Assembly: GCA_951406725.2 (NCBI GenBank)
Contig: OX597824.1
Span: 45,260,001 to 45,324,000 of the forward strand
DNA length: 64,000 nt
Origin: Octopus vulgaris
Taxonomy: Eukaryota
Direction: 5' to 3'
The notes below the pieces were generated by a model. It had not been told where the DNA came from, searched no databases, and worked only from the letters and a program-made list of their open reading frames with translations. The position numbers and the translations under genes are program-made. Shown here in pieces: positions 52,226 through 64,000 of the stretch (positions are counted from its first letter, which is position 1; the number at the start of each line of letters is the position of its first letter).

Positions 52226-54347
52226 CAATGCTGATTGGATTATAGTGATGCAAAACAACTCTTCATACACACACACCACAGAGAAGAGAAATCAGCTGTC
52301 AACATGTGAAATGCAACAAAAATTTAAAATATCTCAGTCAAATGAAAGAGGATCATGGAAAAATGGCACATGATATGAAATTAATGGAACTTGACATAAA
52401 ATATTCTCTATAGTTTCTTCCTGATCTGCTGGAGTAGTTCTCTTTCCAATATATTGAAACAAATCATTGCTCATTTTACCCCATTTTAGACATTGTTTGA
52501 AAATTGAAAATTATCAAATTAGATATTAGTGTGGGGAAAAAATTGACTGACTTGAAATTTCACAGAGAAAAGAATATTAATTATTAAACACCAAAAATTA
52601 TATCCAGATATGTTATTAGCAACCTCAATTACAATTGGGTCAATGTTGAAGATAAATTTGAAAGAAAAAGTGCTTGTTACTTGACTATGTTCCAAACTCT
52701 CTCAACTTCAACCAATTTTTACTCCCAAAGATGGTGCAATACATGCAATGTAATGGTTTCAAACATGTAGGAAGAAAATGACAAGAAATCAGGAATTACT
52801 CATTTTACCCTAGTTACTAATTTTGTCCCCACCTCACTTTGATCCAAACAAAAACTTAACTAAAATGCAAGCTGCCATTGAGCCCAATTTAAAACTATGC
52901 AATTCGAGTTTCATGTAAGAGTGAAATCACAGACCATATTCTGAAATTAATGGTTATTCTTTACAATTTCCATAAGCATGCAATCAGAAACTGAGGTAGC
53001 CGTAATGCAGGAGATGCCTATATGTGTGTGTGTGAAGTGATCCACCATAGCCAAATTCCAAGTAACAGTTCAACAGAACTTTTCTCATAGTGGAACAATA
53101 GTTTTTGTGACAGCAGTTTTACATTTGCCAGATTACCTTAGCTATAGTCCGAAATAATGTCTTCACCACTTGACCTTTCTAACCTCTTCTATTTCACCAA
53201 AAGCTAGAATTAAAATAACAAGTACCATCAATGAAATCCATTGTTCTCAACGATATGTCTATCCTTCTGGATAGTTATAAAAACAAGAACCCCCAAGTGC
53301 GGAAAGAGTACAGTTATCGACTGAGTCTATCATTAAGATTGTGCTCCCTCACTACTTTAACAAGGAAAAGGAGGCATCATTTTTCTGCATAGTAGCCATA
53401 TTGAAAGAAACAGTATGGATGATGCATGAAAGAGGAATTGAGGCAGGCAACTTCATATCCGAACGTGGATTCATAGGTCTTTTTATCTACCACCTATATA
53501 AAAAGATTAGCCTTGAGAAGAGGCACCTACCTTGAAGTACATTTGTGAAAAGATGGACAAATGTTGTAAGGAAGTTGAGAGTGAATGGTGCCATGCTGGT
53601 ATAACCAATCTAATCAGAAAGGAAAAGTAATAAACAGAAAAAGGAAAGAAAAAAAAAACACTGGCAGGTTGAACCCGAACCTGAAAATATAATCACAGAA
53701 ATTTTTATACGATTATCAATTTCATTATACCATTCAATTTCATATTCTGATTTCCATTAAGTCATAACTCCCAAACCTAAATGTTTTATATTGTCTTGTA
53801 TTGTCCCCCCTCTGTGTGTCATTCATTGATAAATAAAGAAATAAGTTAGTCACTTGGTGACAACTCGTTAGTTGAAAGAGAGCTAACATCAGTTAGTGAA
53901 CTGATCACTAGAATCATGGCCACTAGCAGACAGACAAATGGTCAGAGGGAAAAGGAAAGAAAGTTTACAGTCAGCAACAATATGAGACAACTTCCCACTT
54001 TCTCTCACTTTCACTAACCCACCTTCTCTTCTCTGCACATTACCATATCACTCTCAATGGTTTACTACTACAACAAGAACATACATGCCGAAATTAACTT
54101 TTTTACTTAGCATGCTCTACGATTTCATCACCTGCCCATCGAGGTAAGGTATTGTATAATGTAACGGCAAAAGTAAATATTTTCTTCACAACTTCAATCA
54201 CTATTCTTTCATCTTTAGATAATGGCAATCAATGAAGAACCAATCATTACAAACTGATTACAACTTCGACATAACATATTATAGTTATACAAAAAAATAA
54301 AACTTTATTGTTACATATATATATATATATGTATATGTATATATATA

Positions 54348-56730
54348 TCATCATCATCATCGTTTAATGTCTGCTTTCCATGCTAGCATGGGTTGGATGA
54401 TTTGACTGAGGTCTGGCGAACCAGATGGCTGTACCAGACTCCAATCAGATCTGCAGAGTTTCTACAGCTGGATGCCCTTCCTAACACCAACTACTCTGAG
54501 AGTGTAGTTGTTGCTTTTACGTGCCACCGACACAAGAGCCAGTCAGGCAGTACTGGCAGTGGCCATGCTCAAATGGTGCTTTTTATGTGCCACATGCACA
54601 GGAGCCAGTCCAGCGGCACTGGCAACGACCTCACTCGAATGTTTTTTCATGTGCCACCAGCACAAGTACCAGTAAGGCGACACAGGTAACGATCATGCTC
54701 GAATGGTGTTTTTTACGAGCCACTAGCACTGAGGCCAGCTTGTTGCTCTGGCAACGATCACGCTTGTATAGTACTCTTAGTGCTCCACTAGCACGGATGC
54801 TAGTCATCGAATTTGATTTCGATTTCACTTGCCTCAACAGGTCTTTGCAAGCAGAGTTTAGTGTCCAATGAAGAAAAGGTATGCATAAGTGGATTGCTTA
54901 CACCCCTGGCATAGGCCACAAGGTTATGGTCTCACTTGAGTTTGCCGAGTCTTCTCAAGCATAGCATATTTCCAAAGGTCCCAGTCACTAGTCATTGCCT
55001 CAGTGAGGCCCAATGTTCAAAGGTCATGCTTCACCACCTCATCCCAGATCTTCCTGGGTCTACCTCTTCCACAGGTTCCCTCAACCACTAGGGTGTGGTA
55101 CTTTTTCACACAGCTATCCACATCCATTCTCGCCACATGGCCATACCAGCGCAGTCGTCTCTCTTGCACATCGCATCTGATGCTTCTTAGGTCCAACTTT
55201 TCTCTCAAGGTACTAACACTTTGTCGAGTATGCACACTGACATTACACATCCATTGGAGCATACTGGCTTCATTCCTTGCGAGCTTATGCATGTCCTCAG
55301 CAGTCACGGCCCATGTTTCACTGCCATGTAGCAGCAGAGGTAAGAGCTCTCTGAACTTTGCCTAGGCTATTCTTATTCTAGCAGCTACACTTTCAGTGCA
55401 CCCTCCCCAGCTACTGACTTGGTCACCTAGGTAATGGAAGCTATCAACTACTTCTAGTTTTTCTCCCTGGAATGTGGCAGAAGTTGTTCTCTGCACATTT
55501 TCAGTGCTTATTGCTCCTGAGCATCTGCCACAAAAACTATTTTCCCAGTTAGCCTTCATTTGATATTGCTGCACCTCTTATGTATCCATAGCTTACACTG
55601 GGTATATCTTATAGAGTTTCTACCTATGCCTCTACTACAGATCGAGATGGGCCATCTACCTGAAGGGATTTGTGGTTTGTCTGCCTTCCTACTTATTAGG
55701 ACTTTGGTTTTAGCTAGATTGACTCTAAGGCCCTTCGATTCTAATCCTTGCTTCCACACCTGAAACTTCTCCTCCAGTTCTGATAGTGACTCAGCAATTA
55801 GAGCAAGGTCATCAGCATAGAGGAGCTCCCAGGGGCATCCTGTCTTGAATTCCTCCGTTATTGCCTGGAGGACTATGATAAATAGGATGGGGCTGACGAC
55901 TGAACCTTAGTGGACCCCTACCTCTACCCGGAATTCTTCACTGTACTTGTTGCCAACCCTCACCTTACTGACAGCATCCCTGTACATGGCTTGCACAGCT
56001 CTCATTAACCATTCATCTATCCCTAGTTTCCTCATTGACCAACAGATCAGGGATCTGGGGACCCTGTCAAAGGCTTTCTCCATGTCAACGAAAGCCAGGT
56101 ACAGAGGTTTATCTTTGGCTAGGTATTTTCCCTGCAGCTGTCTTACCAGAAATATAGCATCAGTGGTGCTTTTCGCTGGCATGAACCCAAACTGCATCTC
56201 ATCTAAAATGATTCTCTCCCTAATTAGTTGGGCTATGACCCTCTCCGTGACCTTCATTACCTGATCCAACAACTTGATACCTCTGTAATTATTTGTATCT
56301 AAAGCATCACTTGTACCTTTGTAGCAGTTGACTATTATGCTGCTACACCAGTCATTGGGTATGACTCCTTTGTGTATCACCAGGTTAATTATACGGGTGA
56401 CTAGGCTACAGACGACAATGGCAGATATTTTGAGCATCTCTGCAGTAATTTCTGATGGGCCGAGGGGGCTTTCCCTGTCTTCATACTCTTAATTGCTTTA
56501 TCTACCAAGGTACTATCAACTCGGATAGTTGGGTCGACATTCAGCAGACTCTCTTTCTCTCATTCATTCTCTTTATTGAGCAACCTTTCATAGTGGCGTC
56601 TCCAAACCTCTCTCTTTGCAGCCTCATTTAGTGCAAGAGAACTATCATCCATGTGGACACATTTCTCTCCTACAACATCACAATTCTCCCTCACACACTG
56701 GTCGTCATGGTGCAGTACATTGGCAATTTT
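54348..56730 (-). mobile_element. RTE LINE (RT domain and 3' UTR), 5'-truncated, relatively young
   Basis: IPNDWCSSIIVNCYKG, NYRGIKLL, QFGFMPAKSTTDAIF, FVDMEKAFDRVP, ELLYADDL, RRLRWYGHV; few stops and deletions; (GAT)n tail beside (TA)n. Confidence 0.96.
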
Positions 56731-56999
56731 TTTCTATATAAATAAATACACACACACACACATCTATAAAAATTTGGATATTTTTATTTGGCATTTTTTC
56801 AATTTGTAATCATAAACTGAAAGTGGAAAATTATTGTAAACAAACAGCATTGAAATTTTTTTTAGAAAAAAGAAAAAACCCATTTTTCAACATGGAATCC
56901 TGTCCCCTGAATTTTTCGGAAAAAGAAAACTTTAACCCATAGAGCGCTGGGATTTGCACTTAAATAGTATGGACTGCTGAACGCATTTTATGAAAATGA

Positions 57000-59376
57000 G
57001 ACTACCATGCACACATAAAATACAAAATTAGTTACATCATCTGAAAAGTCATTAGTTGGACTATTAGTCCTCTTGCATTCTGATGGGTATCGGAGCGTTA
57101 GAGTGACATTAGACCCCAACAAACGTCCATAAATTAAATGTCTGTGCGATGATCGTGGCCCGTCGCGCTTTGGGTTAAAGGAAAAAGTTGGGGGTGAGTA
57201 GGGTGGCGGTACGCATTAAACAAAGTGAAAACGTTTTTCGTTATTTTTTTTTAAAATCCATTTTCATTTTGTAAATTCGTAACTTGTTTTTGAAAACATT
57301 GAAACATCGAAATCCGAAGAAATTAAAAACACAGAAACCCCAGTGGACTGCTTAGACATTGTTGAATAGTGTCAATATTTCCACTTCCATACTGTGATCA
57401 CAAACTGAAAGGATTGACAAAATTACTTTCACTAGATTACATTTCAAAATTATTAATATAGTTCGCCCTAAAGTTTTTGGGACAAAAAGTTTGGATAGGG
57501 GCTTTATAAATGTGACTGATATTACTGATTCTGACATCCATAGAACAAAAAAGTTATTGTGAGTTGGAGTTTGGTGAAGCTTATTACGTATATAAATGAA
57601 TATCGATATCTTGGCACTTAAACTACCCCTCTCTCTCTCTCGATATATATATATATAAATATATGATGATGATATATATATACATATATATATAGCAGTT
57701 AATATATTGAGGTAGGCTGGTTTATGGATCATATATCCGATCGAAGATATCAATATTAATTTCTTGGGAACGATCAGGATCACATATTTAGTGGAGAATG
57801 GAAATAACGGCATATAAATAAAGTGGTTAGTTTAAAGCCGGAAATTTTCAGGAAAGAGAAGATGGGTTGTAACTACCATGTTTTTCTAAAAGAATATCTT
57901 AGATGGCTCTTAACAAGGTATTAAAACCTAGTTACGAGCTAGTAATTAATGTTTCAACTCAAAAGTCGAAACATAATTACGATGTGTTCAGAACATTGTA
58001 ATCAATCATAATAAACGCAGTCGTGATATAACATTTGAGTAGAAAGAATTTACCAAAAGTACATTGGCGAAATTATACAGCCATCACACTTGTTGCTGAT
58101 AAACGCTACAAGCTTTAATGCGAAGAAGGTTTAAAAATAAGTTAGTTATAAAGTTTCAAATATTTATCAACTCATCAATATTTTACTCAGCAAATTTTAT
58201 CATAAATTAGTTACTCTCATGTCTGTCTTTAAATTGAAACGTTCTGAACAGTAGATTAGGTTCTTGACTAGTAAGTCGAACTCATAACCAGGTTTTAATT
58301 TCTTGTTATTTACGTCGTTCTTTAAGTAAGTCACAATTCTTCACATTCTCTTTCCTAAAAAAGTTCCGGCTTCAAACAAACATCAGGAAATCAATACTGA
58401 AACACTGACTATCATATTTAATTTCATGTCATTATTTTCATCTTAAAAATGTGATCCTGTTTACAAGAAACAAATATTAAAATCAATATTCATTTATCAT
58501 TTTTATGCTTACTTTTGTAAATTGTTTTTTTCTTTTCTCGATAAACAAAATTTTTATCCAGAGAAGATTGCTCCCATTGTAATATTCAGATTATAGTTTA
58601 TTAGATTTGTATTGATAAATAGGGAATTCACGCATCGAGAGAGCCTTTATCTAGACAATCGACCAGCTAGAAATAGCAGCCAAATCCTAAATTACACTCC
58701 CAATGTTTTGTTTTTAAACGGAATGATAGTTCGGATAATGCAGTCTTCCAACTGCCTTATCCGAAAGGAGGGAAAACTCGGGATGGTCATGGTTGGAATA
58801 TTCATGTTTATAATTCAACTCACTCAGGGTTGCTAAACCAGAACAACAAAAACTGAAGAACTAATTCAAGAAACAAGGGTTTTCTGTTTTGAGAAATGAA
58901 ACAATTATTGGTACGTAATTCTTTAAGATAGCAACTAAAGTTTATTGACATGTTCTTTGATGCTAAGTGAATCTAAATTGAAATTAAAATGCTTTAGAGT
59001 TAACAAACAAAAATTTACTAGATTTCAATCAATCTCAGGCAGTTTATATAATAACTAAATTTTAAGAACAAAAAAAAAAAAAGACAAGCCTGTTTAGCAG
59101 GGAGGTCAAACACAGTACCGACATAACAAGAAAAAGAATTGTCAGGTAGCAAAACAAAACAATAAAGTACAACATTTTTCCACCGTTATATTGAATCAGA
59201 GAACTTTAAAATAGAAATATCGAATTATCGTATTGTTCTTATAAGTAAAATATTTAATCGAAAGCAAAAATATGTTGAATGTTAGATATAGCAGTAAGAT
59301 ATAGTTCGTATATGGGAATAAGCATTTATACGCAACTGTGGCTTGTTTAATAAGTTAACTCAGCTCCACATTAAAA
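57000..59376 (+). promoter_or_regulatory. CpG-retaining upstream/promoter region of EGLN1
   Basis: Visibly more CpG than the gene bodies in the first 34 kb (e.g. gatcgtggcccgtcgcgc at 57151); possible donor GG|gtgagt at 57194. TSS not determined. Confidence 0.45.
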
Positions 59377-60267
59377 ATGTCAACAACTAAAATTTGTCAA
59401 CTATGTGGAACATTCGAAAATCTTTCTTTGTGTGGGGGGTGTAGGAATGCATGGTATTGTAGTCAAGATCATCAGAAATCTGACTGGAAGGTTCATAAAA
59501 AATCGTGTAAAAGTAAACAACGTTCTCAAAGATCTGACTTGAATTCGTCAGCATCTATTTCTTCATCTTCAATTCTATCGTCGTCGTCTGAACCAGAGTC
59601 TTTCAATCAACAGAAAAAAAACAAAGAAGTTTGCAAAAAAACTAACAAGAGAAAACCTAAATCAAAAACAAATCACTTGGATCCTTGTGGTGCAACCGAG
59701 GAATGTATTTCATCGAAAGTAAAATCAACAACAAATTTAAGTAGCGTAGAAAAGACCGAAGTATCTACCGGTGTTGCAATTCAAAATAATTCGAAATCGT
59801 CTGCGAATAACAAGAATGTTTCAATGCAAGAAAATACAAGCAGGGAAGTACAATCATTAAAACCCAATTCTACCAGTGCCAAAACTGATCAGACTATTGT
59901 CCACACTCAATCTGAACAGACACATCATAAAATGACGTTAAATACAGAACTCGTGAACTATGTTATTGACTCTATGAAGAAATATGGTATTTGTCTAGTC
60001 GATAATTTCGTTGGGGGTAAAGAAGCAGAACTTATTTTAAATGAAGCTAAAGCTCTTTACGATTCCGGTAATTTCACACAAGGTTTATTAGTAAATAACA
60101 AAGTCATTTCAAATGAAGAAACGAAAGTACGCGGTGATATGATCATGTGGGTTGACGGTAGTGAAAGTGGTTGTAAAAATATTAAAGGCCTTCTCGACCG
60201 CACAGATTCTCTCATTCTCACATGTAAAGGACAATTAGATCGATATACAATCAAGGGAAGAACAAAA
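59377..60267 (+). CDS. EGLN1: HIF prolyl hydroxylase PHD2/egl-9 homolog, first coding exon
   Basis: MYND finger CQLC..CGGC..WYCSQDHQKSDWKVHKKSC, S/T/K linker, YGICLVDNFVG, VRGDMIMWVDG, IKGRTK|gtaagt at the same junction as human RTK|AMVACY. Remaining exons lie beyond the window. Confidence 0.96.
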
Positions 60268-60585
60268 GTAAGTACTGTTTTCATTATTCAAGCTTCTTAT
60301 TTCTCAACTGCCTAAAGAGAATTGTTCATTTTTTCTTATATTTTCAACGTATTATTGCTAATCTGTTGTTTGTGCCATCCAACAGACATCATTATATATG
60401 TCACTGGTTTCAAACTCAACATGTTGCATAGCGATAGTCTTTTCAAATTTTAAGTTATTGCACACACACATGCACGCGCGCACACACACGTATTTGGAGA
60501 AAATTTCATTTAAAAATATACATTTTTCTGAAGGTTACGAAGGAACAAGATCGGGAGGCACACTTGTGTAGGCCTGCCTTATTAC

Positions 60586-60617
<32 letters not shown>

Positions 60618-61208
60618 GCTGCATGCATACCTACACAAGTGTGCCCATCCCCCAACTTCATAATCACGGAGCTTCACTTCACGCAGCTGAAAGTACCAGC
60701 GAATCTCTACAGACTGACATCCCGTTCAAGGGACTACCTTGTATTCTTAGTCGCTTACTTTACGGAAACCGGGATGAGCTCCGGCCTAAGAGACTGGCTT
60801 AATTATATTTTAAACGAGAACCGGTTGTTAACTTTTTGCTGGCTGTTAAAGAGAAAATGCTACTCAGAAGAGTTATGCCAACCAGGTCACAGAGACAAAT
60901 GCTCACGCACTACCAATTTAGTTAGTTCTTATGTTTTGAAGTGTAAGGGAATAAATATCTACTGCGTAAAAGTTTCACTTTTAGTATCAAGTTCAGAGGA
61001 TTGATAGATTTCATTTACTCTGATGTCAATTAAGAAATATATGAGTATTTATGTTTTTACTGAATGATTGTGTATGTGTGTGTATGTATTTATATATATG
61101 TGTGTGTTTATGTATGTATGTACATGTGTGTGTATATGTATGTATGCATATATATGCATATATGTATATATGTATATATATGGGTTAATGTATGTGCATA
61201 TATATATG

Positions 61209-62880
61209 TCATCATCATCGTTTAACGTCCGTTTTCCATGCTGGCATGGATTGGACGGTTTGACTGAGGTCTGTAGGGCAAGCAGCTACACCAGGCTCCA
61301 ATCTGATCTGGCAATGTTTCTACAGTTGGATGGCCTTCCTAACGCCAACCACTCCGAGAGTGTAGTGGGTGTTTTTTATGTACCATTGGCACAGGAGCCA
61401 GTCAGGTGGGTCTGGCATCGATCATGTTCGGATAGTGCTTTTTATGTGCCACCGTCATAGGGGCCAGTCAGGCAGACCTGGCATCGATCACGTTTGGGTA
61501 GTGCTTTTTACGTATCACTGGCATGGAAGCCAGTCAAGGGGTACTGGCATCAACCACGTTCAGATGGTGCATTTTACGTGCCACCAGCACAGGAGCTAGT
61601 CAGGGGTACTGGCATCGGCCATGTACAGATGGTGCTTTTTATGTGCCACTGGCATGGGAACCAGTCAGGCAGACATGGCATCAACCATGTTTGGATGGTA
61701 CTTTTTATGTGCCACCGGTACAGGAACTAGTCAGGGGACACTGGCAACTGCTACGATTTTGGTTTTACTTGACTCAACAGGTCTTCTCAAGCATATCATA
61801 TCGCCTGATGCATCAAGGGTACTCTTAAATAGGCCAGGCATGCACACTGGCATCAGCCATGGCTGCGATCTCATCTAGTTGTCCTAATTAGTTGGACTAT
61901 GACCCTCTTTGTAACTTTCATGGATCACCTGATCCATTAATTTGATACCACTTTAGTTATTTCTATCTAAAGCATCACCTTTACCTTTGTAGCAGTTGAC
62001 TCTGGTGCTGCTACACCAGTCATTGGGTGCTGCTACACCACTCTTTCATAAACTACCTGATTTACAATGCGGGTGACAAGACCATAACCCACACTGCCCG
62101 ATATTTTAAGCATCTCAGCGGTGATTCCTGATGGGCTAGGTACTTTCCCTGTCTTCATATCCTTAATTGCTTTATCTCCTAGGGTACTGTTGATTCAGGT
62201 AGATGGTCCCTCAATTGGGTCAATCTTTGGCAGACTCTCCTCCTCCCATTCATTCTCCACATTCAGCAGTCTTTCATAATGGCATCTCCAAACCTCTTTC
62301 TTTGCAGAATCATTAAGCACAAGGGCACCATCCATGCGGACACATTTCTCTCCTATGACATCATGGTTTTCTCTCACACACTGTCTTGCAATCTGAAATA
62401 CTTCAGTTCTTTGGTCCTAACATTGCTGAACATTGGCAAACTTCTTTTCTCCTACTCCCTTGGCTTTATATACCTGTCTCCTAGCTTCCCTTTTGGCTAT
62501 ATGATACATTCTCTTGCTACCCCAACTCTTCCAGGCATTCCAAGCCTGGTTCTTTGCTCTAATGGCCCTGTCTCAAGTATTGTTCCACTACCTTGTTACC
62601 TTAGGTCTGGAAGGGACTTTGCACCAGCCACAGATTTGGTCTGTGGTGCTCAGCAAGCTGTCTCGCAGGAATTCACAGCTGCCTTCTATGTCACAGGACT
62701 GTAGCTCCTCCCTATCATCAAATTTTTCAGTAAGGATATCCCTAAATCTCTGACCATGTGAAGGGTTCTTAAGCTTCCAAGTCTTTCTTTTCCAGATTGG
62801 TCTGCTTTTTGGCATCCTTCTGGCCTTGAGTCTAAAGTCACTAATAACTAGTCTATGCTGGGGGGGGGGTACTTTCTTCA
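61209..62880 (-). mobile_element. Internally deleted RTE LINE in EGLN1 intron 1, antisense
   Basis: PPQHRLVISDFRL, WRCHYERLLNVENEW and RT start, then a jump near 61875 straight to the 3' UTR with a 66-bp array and (GAT)n tail. Confidence 0.92.
61372..61755 (-). repeat. Six tandem 66-bp units within the RTE 3' UTR
   Basis: Equivalent positions at 61378, 61444, 61510, 61576, 61641 and 61707. Confidence 0.9.
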
Positions 62881-62924
62881 CAAGAGATGGTCTTTTTCAT
62901 CAGTCCATTCTCACCACCTCCATC

Positions 62925-64000
62925 CACTACAAACACACAGTGCTCTTCCCACTCTAAACACACCAAGCTCTCCATCCCCTATTCCCAATTCCTCCATTTG
63001 TACAGGCTCTGCAGTAGCAACCATGACTTTGAGGCTCAGTCTCAACTCATGATTCGCCACTTAATCCTACGTGGATATCCCCTCACCACTATCCACACCA
63101 CCCTTGCCAGAACACGTTCTGTGGACTGTGCGTCTGCTCTCTCTCCCCCTCACTTGCCACGCCATCTCCTGTTTCCCCTCACCTATCATCCCTCCACCCT
63201 ACCTCTCCAATGTACCATTCTCTGAGCCTTCCGGCAACTCCTGTCTGACTCCTTCACTTCACACATCTTCCCTAACTGACCCCTCCCTTCCTTCAAATGA
63301 GCCCACAACCTACATGACTTCCTGGTCCACAGTTTCTTCCCTAATCCAACCTCCCAGCCTGGCTCGTTCCCCTGCTCCTGCTCACGCTGCCGCACTTGCT
63401 CTTACGTCTCCAATACCACCATCCTCACCGGCACCCATCATTGATCCTATCATATCACTGATGCCTTTACCTACACTTCTAGCAATGTCATCTACTGCAT
63501 CTCCTGCTTTCTCTGTACATTGGTCAAATGGGACGCTGCTTGGTTGACCGGTTCGCAGAACACTTCCCATCCCATCCCACTCCCACCTCATCCTACACAT
63601 TCCACTTCCACATACCCCACCCACCCTCACACCCACTCCCACATACCCTACACCCACCCACACCCCAGACTAGCATCCTCCACACCCCAACACTACACCA
63701 CCACACCACATCACACCACCCTGCACACACTAGCACTGACCGCTTCCCAGTACCCACACCATCATCCACACACCTACATATACATACACGCACACATCAA
63801 GGTCACCAGCTCCTATCCACATGCACATACATGCTCTCACGCATGCGCACCTTCGTTTTGGGATCACCACTACTTTTCTTATCTCCCCTTCTTCCCAGCT
63901 CTACTGTCTGACTACCTCTGTCTGGCATTCGCCACGACTGATCACTAGCCACTAAACCTTTTTTATTTTCTCCCTCTGTTTATTTCTGTGTTCCTTTCTA
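62925..64000 (+). mobile_element. Penelope-like element 3' part (RT thumb, Cys linker, GIY-YIG start, 3' region)
   Basis: SSHSKHTKLSIPYSQFLHLYRLCS...LRGYP, FPLTYHP, FPCSCSRCRTC, FTYTSSNVIYCISC; stops present; runs off the window. Confidence 0.9.

Noticed and set aside
54111-54143. Apparent 33-nt micro-exon ttag|CATGCT...GAG|gtaagg
   Set aside because: No recognisable protein (HALRFHHLPIE) or partner exons; could be a lncRNA exon or chance.
55907-56437. Possibly active or domesticated reverse transcriptase
   Set aside because: Stop just after VGVH, frameshifts, internal deletions and no endonuclease domain.
57352-57813. 153-aa minus-strand ORF as a divergent gene at the EGLN1 promoter
   Set aside because: Runs through TA and GA microsatellites, with no motif or splice support.
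61369-61878. CRISPR-like array or His-rich 22-aa repeat protein
   Set aside because: Whole units are homologous, so there are no unique spacers and no cas genes; 64- and 65-bp units break the frame; the array belongs to an RTE 3' UTR.

Overview
AT-rich, microsatellite-dense animal genomic DNA. The SINE/RTE repeat families suggest a coleoid cephalopod, most likely Octopus (inference, not database-checked). Three spliced genes can be rebuilt with GT-AG sites and matching phases. (1) Ataxin-3 (+): six exons at 3127-14467, the first small coding exon lies outside the window, intact Josephin catalytic residues, UIMs and VCP-binding motif, no polyQ. (2) A complete 336-aa GT43 glucuronosyltransferase, B3GAT3/GlcAT-I-like (-): five coding exons at 34631-21473, convergent with ATXN3. 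(3) The first coding exon of EGLN1/PHD2 (+, 59377-60267; MYND finger plus start of the hydroxylase domain). The rest is transposon debris: RTE LINEs, Penelope-like elements, Gypsy LTR remnants and solo LTRs, Tc1/mariner fragments, MITEs and three SINE-like families. Best leads: a Penelope-associated minimal hammerhead ribozyme with an atypical core; a copy-number-variable 66-bp double-hairpin array in RTE 3' UTRs; a genomic Gln codon at a normally Arg active-site position that one A-to-I edit would restore; and an in-frame stop overlapping the last ATXN3 donor that could give an isoform lacking the terminal UIM. I see no convincing wholly new protein-coding system.
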